From a virus, in the IMG/VR virus record IMGVR_UViG_3300006754_000009, positions 1 to 64,000 of that record: 64,000 nucleotides of DNA. One strand, given 5' to 3'. The translations under genes were made by a program, and so were the position numbers. Of the stretch, positions 8,506-19,100 are shown one piece after another. The notes under the pieces were generated by a model, which had not been told where the DNA came from, did no database searches, and saw nothing but the letters and a program-made list of their open reading frames with translations. Positions within the stretch are counted from its first letter, which is position 1; each line of letters starts with the position of its first letter.

Positions 8506-9264
8506 ATGATGCAAAACACAAACGACCAACAAACAGAATCAATTTTACCATATGACGTGGTACAATTACCTTCACAAGGAATTTTTTATCCTAACAATAA
8601 AAACTCAGTAAAGGTGACATATTTAAATGCCTCTGACGAAAATTTATTAGCTTCCCAAGCAACACGAAAAGGGAATTTAATAGATATACTCATCTCTAAA
8701 AAAATGTTAGATAAAGATATAACTGTGGAAAATATGGCTGACTGTGATAAAGAAGCTATATTGGTATTTTTAAGAAATACAGCTTTTGGGTCACAATATG
8801 AGGTTAAAATGGCCGACCCAAAAACCAACCAAGATTTTACCACAACTATTGACTTATCGGTTTTAAAAACCAGAGATATAAATGTAGAACTTGATGAAAA
8901 TAATGAATTTGATTTTGTCCTAGAACAATCTAAGAAAAAAGTAAAACTAACTTTTCTATCACCAGAAGACGAAAAATATCTTCAAGGAGTTGATGAACAA
9001 TATAAAGACCAACCAATTAATCCGTTCATGACAAAACAACTAGAAAGAATGATTAAAGAAATTGATGGAATACGAGATAAGATGACATTAGCACAAGTGA
9101 TTCAAACAATGCCCATCAAAGATTCTCAATCCATTAGAAAAATAGTGAGAGAAAATACACCTAATTTAGACCTTTTAATACCTGTGCAATCACCATCCAA
9201 CGAAACTCTTAATGTCCGAGTTACTTTGGGTGTTGAGTTTTTTCGTCCTTTCTACGGGCTATAG
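8506..9264 (+). CDS. Baseplate hub / tail assembly chaperone (T4 gp26-like)
   Basis: VQLPSQGIFY, ASDENLL, DKEAILVFLRNTAFG; located between the tube and tape measure genes. Confidence 0.8.
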   Translation: MMQNTNDQQTESILPYDVVQLPSQGIFYPNNKNSVKVTYLNASDENLLASQATRKGNLIDILISKKMLDKDITVENMADCDKEAILVFLRNTAFGSQYEVKMADPKTNQDFTTTIDLSVLKTRDINVELDENNEFDFVLEQSKKKVKLTFLSPEDEKYLQGVDEQYKDQPINPFMTKQLERMIKEIDGIRDKMTLAQVIQTMPIKDSQSIRKIVRENTPNLDLLIPVQSPSNETLNVRVTLGVEFFRPFYGL

Positions 9265-9442
9265 GAATGCCCTTTTGCAAGAGTTTTACTACTTAATGAA
9301 ACACCTCCATATTCCATGGTCCGACCTCTTACGTATGCCAACCTTTGAACGTAGATTTTATATTAATAGTTTAGTGGAGGAGTTCGATAAAAAGAAAGAA
9401 GCTTACGAACAATCAAAAAACAAAAGGAAACAGTCATATTAA
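9212..9442 (+). CDS. Second tail assembly chaperone ORF (gp51-like / GT-type extension), probably reached by frameshift
   Basis: Overlaps the end of the previous gene in the +1 frame across TTT TTT CGT; motif WSDLLRMPTFERRFYINSL. Confidence 0.7.
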   Translation: MSELLWVLSFFVLSTGYRNALLQEFYYLMKHLHIPWSDLLRMPTFERRFYINSLVEEFDKKKEAYEQSKNKRKQSY

Positions 9443-9443
9443 C

Positions 9444-9451
9444 TATTTATA
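9444..9451 (+). promoter_or_regulatory. TATTTATA putative late promoter
   Basis: 15 nt before ATG 9467. Confidence 0.6.
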
Positions 9452-9466
9452 GTTAAATGAAAAACT

Positions 9467-11617
9467 ATGTTGAACTTTCTTAAACAATTATTTATTGAAA
9501 GACTTTTATCTGGTGCAAAACCTTATTTTGCATCTCATCCTGAATTAGGGGTCCCTATTGGGATTTTTAACTATAAAGATGAACCCACCAGACAATCCCG
9601 TATAAACTCTATTAAAAAGATAGGTAAAGACGGTAACCCAACATCATCACAACTCGCTAAATTATTAGGTGTTGACAACCCTATACCATCATTTGCTCCT
9701 CTCGACCCTGACGAAAAGAAAGAGGTTGAAAAAATGATTAAGGAAGCTTATAACAAAGGTGTTCAAGACGGTAAAAAGGGAGGTTATAAGGGGGGTGTTT
9801 GGGATGTAGGTGATTTAGGGATTTTTGAAGAAGCTACAAAAGAAAGAGTATCTAGAGAAAGAATCACCGTTTCTGAATTAAACAAAATGTCAGAGCTTTT
9901 AGCTGGTGGTGCTCTCGATACTAGTAAGATAAAGGAGAATATGGGCTTCATTTTAGATATGGTAGCTTTAGAAGACACTTTAAGGGTAGAAATATCTAAA
10001 TCACTAGGTATGACTAACGCACAATTGTTTGATACAATTGATGAATTAAATGAAGCCGGAAAATCTTCCTATAAGTGGGGGATAACAGTAGACGAACTAT
10101 TCCAAACATTCAAAGCAATATCAATTGAGATTGGAAGAAATCTAAGAATCCCTCCAGAAGTAACAGAAAGAGTTACTTTATTAACAAAAACACTCGAAGG
10201 TTTTGATGGAGCTGCTTTTGCAGATGCTTTTGATAGGGTAGGGTTTAGTTTAAAAGATGCAATAGGTGGGGTAGACGACACTAACAATGCGATGTCAGAC
10301 GTACTATCAACAGGTAGACAAATGGGGGTTGTTATGGAAACGTTTTTAAAGAATGTATCTAGTGAAATAAAATTAATTAACACATACCAATTTGAAGGGG
10401 GTGTAGAAGGATTATCCCGAATGGTAGCAAGAGCCCAACGATTAGGTGTATCAATGGCAGATGTAACAGGGTTGGCAGAAAATCTATTAGACCCAGAAGG
10501 AGCAATAGAATTTGCAGCTAAAATGCAAGTAATTGGTGGGGCAGCTAGTGATTTAACCGACCCATTTAAATTAATGTACATGGCTAGTAATGACCTAGAA
10601 GGCTTACAAAAAGCTATTATTGATACTGCATCTGAAGCAGCAACTTTTGATGAAGTAAAAAATAAATTTGTTATATCCCCAGCAACACAAAGACAATTAA
10701 GGGACCAAGCTACAGCAATGGGTATGAACTACCAAGATTTAGCAGATGCTGCTACAAAAGCGGCAAGGGAATCAGCTGTTCTATCACAAATGGAATTTAC
10801 AGAAGGTATAAGTCCAGAAGATAAAGAATTAATAGCGTCCATGGCTCAAATAGGTAAAGGTGGGGCAGCCGAAGTTAAAATACCGGGAATTGATGAGTTA
10901 GTTAGTGTAGAGGATGTAACCGAAGAACAACTAGAACTTTTAAGAAAAGAAGGCCAAACTGACTCAGACATTTATAAACAACAATTAACAGTGGCAGAAA
11001 AAGCCAATCAATATCTAGCTTTAATGGACACTAGTATGAGATTTATGGTTAAAGAAATGGGGGGTGACTCAAGAGCCGCACTAGAAGGAGCTTTTTCACA
11101 AACAGCAGCCGGGAAACTTAATTTACTTACAGAAGAACAAATAGAAACGTTAATGGGTGGTGATGAAGAAAAAATAGCTAAGTTAATAGGTAACTTATCG
11201 GGGTCATTAACAAAAGAAGCTTTTGGTTTGGTACAAGATGCAGCTAAAGGTTTAAACATAGAAAACGCTCACCTAATGGAACTACCACCCGCAAATGATT
11301 TTATTTTAAGACCTGGGATGGATGAACCTCTGAGATTTAATAAAGATGATTTAGTGATTGGAGGAACTGACTTAGAAGGTGCCCTACAAGGAGGTATGAG
11401 TGGGAGTAAAGACCTATTAAGTGAAGTAAGTAATATAACAAATAGTATTTCCACCCAAACTATAAATTCTGGGGTAAAAGAACATAAGATTACTGGTGAA
11501 TTAACAATAAGAGATGGAGCGGGAGGAACCAGTACGGTAACCGCTGAAGAAGTAGCTCGAGCGTTTAATAGAAATAGTGCAGCAAGAAAAGACTTTTTAA
11601 TGATGTTACAATCATAA
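9467..11617 (+). CDS. Tape measure protein
   Basis: 716 aa, helical Ala/Gly/Met/Glu-rich, directly after the chaperone pair; LLDPEGAIEFAAKMQVIGG and DPFKLMYMASNDLEGLQ segments. Confidence 0.8.
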   Translation: MLNFLKQLFIERLLSGAKPYFASHPELGVPIGIFNYKDEPTRQSRINSIKKIGKDGNPTSSQLAKLLGVDNPIPSFAPLDPDEKKEVEKMIKEAYNKGVQDGKKGGYKGGVWDVGDLGIFEEATKERVSRERITVSELNKMSELLAGGALDTSKIKENMGFILDMVALEDTLRVEISKSLGMTNAQLFDTIDELNEAGKSSYKWGITVDELFQTFKAISIEIGRNLRIPPEVTERVTLLTKTLEGFDGAAFADAFDRVGFSLKDAIGGVDDTNNAMSDVLSTGRQMGVVMETFLKNVSSEIKLINTYQFEGGVEGLSRMVARAQRLGVSMADVTGLAENLLDPEGAIEFAAKMQVIGGAASDLTDPFKLMYMASNDLEGLQKAIIDTASEAATFDEVKNKFVISPATQRQLRDQATAMGMNYQDLADAATKAARESAVLSQMEFTEGISPEDKELIASMAQIGKGGAAEVKIPGIDELVSVEDVTEEQLELLRKEGQTDSDIYKQQLTVAEKANQYLALMDTSMRFMVKEMGGDSRAALEGAFSQTAAGKLNLLTEEQIETLMGGDEEKIAKLIGNLSGSLTKEAFGLVQDAAKGLNIENAHLMELPPANDFILRPGMDEPLRFNKDDLVIGGTDLEGALQGGMSGSKDLLSEVSNITNSISTQTINSGVKEHKITGELTIRDGAGGTSTVTAEEVARAFNRNSAARKDFLMMLQS

Positions 11618-11634
11618 AAAATATTTTTATAATC

Positions 11635-11642
11635 TATTTATT
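11635..11642 (+). promoter_or_regulatory. TATTTATT putative late promoter
   Basis: 15 nt before ATG 11658. Confidence 0.55.
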
Positions 11643-11657
11643 AATAAATAAAATTAT

Positions 11658-14600
11658 ATGTCCGTAGGAAAAAATATAGAAGGAGTACAAGCATTTGGAA
11701 TGATGGGTCCTTATAAACCTAGTGTTGGGTCAACTGAGAGACTAAGACAATTTTTATTAAGTAGAAATTTAAAAAGTTCTTACCTAGCAGATGGAAATCC
11801 AATACCACCAGCATGGGGAATACAACCTCCTGGAGGACAAAAACTAAATCAATTCTACGAAATATCGGTAAAAGACCAACCTACAGTAGAAGAAACCGGA
11901 GTAACACCACAAAGAAATTTATTCCTAGATAATAAATATGGACCAATGGGTGGGTATAAAGACGTACAATTAATTGATGTCGATAAAGTACTACCCAGAA
12001 CAGGACAAGGTTATGTAGCACCAAATAGTAGGACACCCCAATCTTTTGTATCATCAGAATACACCCCAGCCGAAATATTAGAAACAGTTAATATAACTAA
12101 TAATATGATTAACACTATGAATTCTAAAATTTTAGATGATAGTGCGTTAATGAATGCATCTAGCGGTTGGTTAAGAAGAAATTTAGGCGACCTACAAACA
12201 CAATATTTAAAACAAACAACTGACGGAACACAAGGTAATTGGATGTATGATATTAGCACATCTCCCGGAAAAAAAGAATTAGACGGAACAGATTTTATGG
12301 CAAGAATAAGTAATTTATATTATGGAGAATCTACATTACCAGGGAGTTACTTCAATGATGTTTTTGTACCTAATATAAACGGGTTAGTAGCAAACGGGAT
12401 AAGTAAAGGTAGTGAAACAGAGGTAGACTTCCAAGCTACAGCTAGTGCTCTTATAAGTGAAATAACTGGTGGTGACGCCATACCTAAAACATTAATTGCG
12501 TATCCTTCACCAAGTGATTCTTTTATAGAACATATGGGTGAAAAACAACAATCTGCCTTATTTGAAAATTTAAAATTTAATATATTTAGACCTGACTATA
12601 GTAGAGTACAATTACCTATGGGTCTTGAAGCGGTGAAACCTTATTATTATGTCGGCTCCAAAAATGCAGAACCAACTATGTTACAAAGTCCTATAGGAGC
12701 AGTACCACAAGATGAGTTTGGTAGAAATGTAGGTGCATTAGTTTATGGTCCTTCTACATTAGCAAAAGAATTAGAAACAGTTAACGGAACTTCATTATGG
12801 CAATTTTATAAATTTGGAATGTCTGGTGAAGCATATGGTGATGGTGGTAATTTAGACGGTGGGTGGACTTGGTTTGGGACCACATCGTTTGCTTCATTAA
12901 ACGCACCACCCGGATTATTATTAAGTAGGTCCCATACAAAACCAAAAAGAAAGGGTGGGTTATTAGACCAAACACAAAAATTAATTGATTCAGCACCATT
13001 AATGGGTGGAGCAAAAAGAAAACACGCAGGTCACGCAATCGACCAAACATCTAAAGTATTCAATGACGGGTACAAGAACATATCTAAAGGTTCTGGAGCA
13101 AGAAATGTATCTGAAGGGTGGTTAGGTGGTACACAAGTAAATGAATTTTGTAGGACGTGGACTAAAGACAATCCATATTATAAGTACAAAAATATGATTA
13201 GACATAAAGGTAATCATTTAGGAAAAACACATTCGGTTTTAACTAACACTTATAATTTAAATATAGCTCCAGTAATGGGAGAAAACGTAGATACTAATGT
13301 AGACCAGAAAAATGTAAAAAAATATATGTTTTCTATTGAAAATCTTGCTTGGAGAGGAACATCTGAACTATTAAAATTACCTTTATCAGAAAGAGGACCA
13401 AATGGAGGAAGGATAATGTGGTTCCCACCTTACGATATCCAAGTAGGTGATACCAATTCAGCTCAATGGAACTCGGTAAACTTCTTAGGCAGACCAGAAC
13501 CAGTTTATACCTATAATTACACTGAAAGAATTGGTACCTTAAGTTGGAAAATGGTGGTAGACCATCCATCGATTTTAAATGAAATTGCACAAAATACATT
13601 AAAAAATGTACCAGATACAAGAGCGGACGAGGTACTACATTCATTTTTTGCTGGATGTAAAGAGTATGATATATATGAACTTGCAAGTAAATTTCCTAAT
13701 GTTTCTTTAGATGATTTAATAACAGCACAAAATGATGTTACCGACCAATACAATGCAGATGCATCACAAACAGTAAATGACAATGCTAATATTACACCAC
13801 CCAACCCAGTAGACCAAGACGGAGGTTCAACAACTATTAATCTAGGAGAAAATACAGATGGGAGTTCCACTACAATTGATTTGAATGAGGAAGGTATAAC
13901 AAGTACCGGGAATACAGAGACTAACGATTTACCTGATAATAGTACCTTAAGTACCAGTAATTTTTGGGCTGACAACCCACAAGAAAACCTGTCAGAGGAC
14001 GAACAAGCAATTCAAAATTCTAAGGCAAGTGAGACACCAACAAAACATCTAGACACAACTAAAATTTTAGCAAGACTACTAGGTGAAGAAAATTATTTTA
14101 ACGCGTTGAAAGAGGAAGACGAATTTGTATATAACGCATTAAAAAGAGAGTTACAAAATTTCCACCCATCTTTTCATTCAACAACACCAGAAGGACTGAA
14201 CACTCGACTAACATTTTTGCTACAATGTACTAGACCAGGTAATACCATACCAACAGTAACAGAAGATGGTAAGAAAATAGTGGACGCGGATAACACAGCA
14301 TTTGGGGCACCACCTATATGTGTTCTAAGAATAGGTGATTTTTATCATACCAAGATAGCTATAGATTCGGTTAGTTTTAGTTACGACCCATTAGTATTAG
14401 ATATGAATCCTGAAGGAATAGGATTACAGCCTATGATAGCGGGAGTTAGTATGAACTTTAAATTTATTGGTGGTCAAGGACTTAAAGAACCAGTATCTAG
14501 ACTACAAAATGCATTATCATTTAACTATTTTGGTAATACAGAAATGTATGATAATAGAGCATTCCAGACTGAAGGTACTAAATTGATGGATAATGAACAA

Positions 14601-14753
14601 GAAGTAATAACCACTTTAGAGGCGGAAAAAGCAGCAGCAGAAGATGCAGCCGCTAAAGCCGCAGAAGAATTGGCCAAACAACAAGAGGGTGGAACCCCAT
14701 CAGGAGAACAAGACACACCGTTTTGGCAATTTTGGAATAACTCAACAGGATAA
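11658..14753 (+). CDS. Baseplate / tube-initiator-domain protein
   Basis: WNSVNFLGRPEPVYTYNYTERIGTLSW and APPICVLRIGDFYHTKIAIDSVSFSY...MIAGVSMNFKFIG resemble two halves of a tube-initiator fold separated by an insert; follows the tape measure gene. Confidence 0.65.
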   Translation: MSVGKNIEGVQAFGMMGPYKPSVGSTERLRQFLLSRNLKSSYLADGNPIPPAWGIQPPGGQKLNQFYEISVKDQPTVEETGVTPQRNLFLDNKYGPMGGYKDVQLIDVDKVLPRTGQGYVAPNSRTPQSFVSSEYTPAEILETVNITNNMINTMNSKILDDSALMNASSGWLRRNLGDLQTQYLKQTTDGTQGNWMYDISTSPGKKELDGTDFMARISNLYYGESTLPGSYFNDVFVPNINGLVANGISKGSETEVDFQATASALISEITGGDAIPKTLIAYPSPSDSFIEHMGEKQQSALFENLKFNIFRPDYSRVQLPMGLEAVKPYYYVGSKNAEPTMLQSPIGAVPQDEFGRNVGALVYGPSTLAKELETVNGTSLWQFYKFGMSGEAYGDGGNLDGGWTWFGTTSFASLNAPPGLLLSRSHTKPKRKGGLLDQTQKLIDSAPLMGGAKRKHAGHAIDQTSKVFNDGYKNISKGSGARNVSEGWLGGTQVNEFCRTWTKDNPYYKYKNMIRHKGNHLGKTHSVLTNTYNLNIAPVMGENVDTNVDQKNVKKYMFSIENLAWRGTSELLKLPLSERGPNGGRIMWFPPYDIQVGDTNSAQWNSVNFLGRPEPVYTYNYTERIGTLSWKMVVDHPSILNEIAQNTLKNVPDTRADEVLHSFFAGCKEYDIYELASKFPNVSLDDLITAQNDVTDQYNADASQTVNDNANITPPNPVDQDGGSTTINLGENTDGSSTTIDLNEEGITSTGNTETNDLPDNSTLSTSNFWADNPQENLSEDEQAIQNSKASETPTKHLDTTKILARLLGEENYFNALKEEDEFVYNALKRELQNFHPSFHSTTPEGLNTRLTFLLQCTRPGNTIPTVTEDGKKIVDADNTAFGAPPICVLRIGDFYHTKIAIDSVSFSYDPLVLDMNPEGIGLQPMIAGVSMNFKFIGGQGLKEPVSRLQNALSFNYFGNTEMYDNRAFQTEGTKLMDNEQEVITTLEAEKAAAEDAAAKAAEELAKQQEGGTPSGEQDTPFWQFWNNSTG

Positions 14754-14760
14754 ATAAAGT

Positions 14761-15852
14761 ATGGCACAAGAATTAAATTATAAAAACACATTAAATTTAT
14801 TTGTAGACAGAGCAAATAGCTATACCACTGATGTTAAAAAACGAACAGAGGATATGTACACCCAACACAGTATGGGACTGGTAGAAGAATTTATGTATAC
14901 AAGAAATTTTTCATACGGTACATTAGGAACATTAAGTGGTGGAAATTTAGTGGGTATACCTAGAGATATAATCGATAGAATTTCAAGTTACTACACCACA
15001 TTAAAAAGTAATATTAGTGCAGAGACAACCACAATTCAAACTAAGTTAAATGAATGTAATCCTACAGAAGAAGAAAAAGACTATATCCAAAATTTATTAT
15101 CCCAAACACTAGAAGACCAATTTAATAACATAATAGATAAAGTAATGGGGGATATTAATAGTTATCGAAACTTACAAAAAGATTTAAGTAATGTTATAGA
15201 CATTCTTAATTTTATAACTAATGATAGTTATGACGGTCAATATATAAATGCGGGAGGAGGTAGAGTAGTTGCCTTTCAGTTAACAGGGACCACAGCATTA
15301 ACTCTATTGTCAACCAGTTATAACACTAGCAATAGTTATGTTAATTCTTTTATACAAACTTACATAAATAATAATTTTGCAAAGACCTATACATTAGGAA
15401 ATGAATATTTATTCTTTAATAGTAGGATGTGTACAAAGGATAGTAAAACATTTATTTTTGATAAGAATTATACAAAAGAGTTAGATATTTTAACACGTAA
15501 TAGACAAAGTGATTTATATAATAATCTATTTAAAGTAGACAAAAAAGGTATAAACGGTTTAAGGTACGGCACAACTTTAGAATTTAAACCTAAGATAAAT
15601 GTAATTTTAAAGAGTTGGTTAGACTACGATTGTGGTTTATATAACAATAGAATAAAAGAAGGATTATTAAAAGGGTATGAAATACTAAATAATAGACTTA
15701 ACAATTATTATACAGACTACAAAGTAGGTTATGTAATAAACAGTGGAAACACAGCACAAAATTTAGTTAGAAGTAGGTTGGTAAGTAGAAATAGTGGAAT
15801 GGCAGACACTACATTTAATTATAAATTGATGCAACAACTTTATATTAGTTAA
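14761..15852 (+). CDS. Hypothetical structural protein
   Basis: 363-aa ORF tightly packed in the baseplate operon. Confidence 0.6.
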   Translation: MAQELNYKNTLNLFVDRANSYTTDVKKRTEDMYTQHSMGLVEEFMYTRNFSYGTLGTLSGGNLVGIPRDIIDRISSYYTTLKSNISAETTTIQTKLNECNPTEEEKDYIQNLLSQTLEDQFNNIIDKVMGDINSYRNLQKDLSNVIDILNFITNDSYDGQYINAGGGRVVAFQLTGTTALTLLSTSYNTSNSYVNSFIQTYINNNFAKTYTLGNEYLFFNSRMCTKDSKTFIFDKNYTKELDILTRNRQSDLYNNLFKVDKKGINGLRYGTTLEFKPKINVILKSWLDYDCGLYNNRIKEGLLKGYEILNNRLNNYYTDYKVGYVINSGNTAQNLVRSRLVSRNSGMADTTFNYKLMQQLYIS

Positions 15853-15856
15853 AAAT

Positions 15857-16174
15857 ATGGCATATTATAATAGATATAATGAATTTGTAGTAAACGGAGA
15901 TTACATAATGGTACCAAACATAAAGCTAACTCCTAAGGTAAGTGATAGAAAAATAGTTTATAAAATAGGTAAAAGTAGATTAGATAAATTATCACAACAA
16001 TTTTATGACACCCCATACTATGGGTGGTTAATAATGTTAGCAAACCCATCATATGGAGGTCAAGAGTGGAATATCCCTGATGATACACTAATAATAGTAC
16101 CATTTCCATTAATGGAGTCACTAGAGGAGTATAAAACAAAATTAGATAAGCACTTCCTCTATTATGGCAAATAA
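15857..16174 (+). CDS. Baseplate wedge protein, LysM-like (T4 gp53 / P2 gpX-like)
   Basis: RLDKLSQQFYDTPYYGWLIMLANP...IPDDTLIIVP. Confidence 0.85.
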   Translation: MAYYNRYNEFVVNGDYIMVPNIKLTPKVSDRKIVYKIGKSRLDKLSQQFYDTPYYGWLIMLANPSYGGQEWNIPDDTLIIVPFPLMESLEEYKTKLDKHFLYYGK

Positions 16175-19100
16175 TTTAAATTCCGGAGACATTCTAACAT
16201 ATCAGGTGGGTAACAATGTAATGATTGTGGACCCAAACTTTGTTATTGACCCAGCTACATCTAGAGTTGCTGAGAGATTAGTAAACCATGAAGATTTAGT
16301 TATGTACGCTAATTTAACTGCAAAAATTTCTCCTAGGAGTAAAGTTATTGTTGGTCAAGGTAATGACTCGGAAGTTGATGTTGAGATTTTTAAAGGGACA
16401 TTAAATTTTTTAAAACCAGAAGGCAAAGATTCTATGGACTCTGATTGGACAGACGCATTCACAAATACCGAGATGAACAAACAAGTAGTTGGTCCCGGAA
16501 AAGGTGATGGAATAAGTAGAAGAATTGAGAACCAATCAGATTTCCAAGGATTTGGAATTACGTCTATAGATATAAAGATTAATGCTTCTTATAGACCTAC
16601 AGTCACTATAAATTTTACGGATGTCAGAGGAAAAACTCTATTTGAACAATCAAAAACAAACACACCCTATACCGCGTTTTTTCATTTGCCCTACCCTATA
16701 TTCTTCTTAACATTAAAGGGATATTACGGTAAAGCCGTAAAATTCCAATTAATGCTAGAAAGTTTTGTGTCTAGATTTGACCCTAGTAGTGGTGACTACT
16801 TAGTTACATGTCAATTTATAGGAAATCATGTAGCCTTATTAAGGGATATTAATATGCATCAAGCGATGACAGCTCCTTATATGTTCCCAAATAGAGTAGA
16901 CGCGACAACTGGTGAGGTAACATCCACAAAAGGAAGACAAATAACTACTGAAGTTTTTAATATATACAGAAAGAAAGGACTAATCGCTGATGATTTTCCA
17001 GACTATACAATACTAGAATTAGTTGAAAAAATCAAAGGAATTGACAATGATATGTCACAAGTATTTGGTAAAGCTAACTTATCATTAACTACAGATAAAT
17101 TAGAATTTAAAGCGGCACTAACAGGTTTTAAGAAAGCAGTATTGGGAACTGATGGATGGTCAGAAACTTATTTAGACGAAGGGGAACGTAAAACTATAAA
17201 AGTACAAGTTGATGATAAGAATTCTACATCTGGAAAAACTGCTTCAGTTAGTGTGTGGCCTCTAAAAGGAGCAACTACAGCAAACGCGTCAGTCGCAGAC
17301 AACTCAAACCCAAACGCTTTAAAAGAATTAGAGGAAAAAGCTCAAACAGCTTTAGAGGCTATCGTAAGTAAGTATACTAGGTTATTAATTAGTAACCCAA
17401 CATTCGGCCCAAACGCCCAAGTACCACCAGAACAAAAAGGTAAATATTCTGTCACAAGTTTACTTTTAAAAGAGGGATTTAGTATTTACAAAAAATCTAA
17501 AATAAAAGGAACGGTTAAAATGGGGACTATAACTACCACGTTAAAACCAGAATTCGAACCATGGTTTTGTTTTGACGGTGCGTATGAAAGCGGTAAATTT
17601 TTAGCTGTATGGAGAGAAACAGACAGGAAATTTGAAACACAAGCTGAAATTATGTCATCAGATGTAAGTGAAGTATTAAATACAAGGTTAAAAGATGTTA
17701 TAGGGTTTAAACCAACAATTAGAAATGTTTTTGCTATTATATTAGGGGGAGCGGACACTTTCTTAAGGATGTTAGATACAGTACATACAGAAGCTATGGA
17801 CGTAAGTAATAACGAAAAGAGAATAGACGCAGCTAAAGGGTCTAACGATGTAAGTCCAGACGCAGATACAAAGGTTGGGTCAGTACCCACACTAGGAAAT
17901 GTCTACCCATGGCCCAAATATTATATAAGTAAACAAACAGAAAATGGTGAAACTAAATACGAATTAACATATCCGGGAGATAAAGATATTATTGATATAA
18001 CAGGAGCAAAAGATAAAATAATATGGCCTGAAGTAGACTTTGTAGAAGAATATTGTAAGACAGCAAATTATAAATACACCAAATTCCAACCACCAGTAGG
18101 TAACGCTGGGGTGAATAAATCATTTACACCTATAGATGTTAAAGATTGGCCACCAGAAATTACACCATATAGTTCATTAGACGATGTTGACGTTTGGTTT
18201 GAAATACTAGATAGAGCATTTGAATTTATTGCTTTAGGGAGTGTAAAGACTAGATATATGGGGTCCAGTATACAAACACAACCAGCAATCGACGAAATAT
18301 CCACCTATGACGCTAGTAACTTATATGATAGTATTAAAGGTTCACCATCGGCTAAAAATGTATTTAAAGATTTAGGTACCGGTGTCTCTGGAAAAACCAC
18401 CGACAATGGATATGAGTCCATAATGTCAATTCTATCCCAAAGTGACCCCGATAGATGGTTGATATATGCTTTTTTCGGAACCGTTACTCCCGATACAGGT
18501 AGACCATCCAGATTATTAATAGAACCTCAACCATACACCGTTAAAGGAAGAGACTTTACAGAAAGTTTTAAATGTATTGAAAATAATAAAGTTGATAGTT
18601 TTTTTGATTTAATACCCACAATAAGAGGTAGTTGGTTGACAAATAATTATGCGGGAACCAATACCATGGGAGGAACCTCACCTGAATTTCATAATATAGT
18701 ACAAAATTTAGAGTATGATATTCAATATACAAATGTATTAACAGAAAAAGAAGAAACTAAGTATTTTACAGATTTTGTTTACGCTAATGACGTGGAATCT
18801 CACGATTACAATGTACAAGCAAAAAATAATAGAAACTACACCGGTCTAAATAATATTCACAAGGTAAATAAGTTCTATAAAGAAGCCGCTCTCAAACCTA
18901 TAGTAACAGAAGGAGAGTTATTTCCAACAGCCACTACTGCTGGGGTTAACGGACTAATATATGTAGCTGATACTCTTGATGTAAAATTAACCTCATTACT
19001 CAACACTCCTTATTTTATAAACGCGATTTTACAAGGGGTAGATTACGAAAGAAATTCACCAACCAATAAAAGTCCATATGCCAGTGCTGCGTACCTATTT

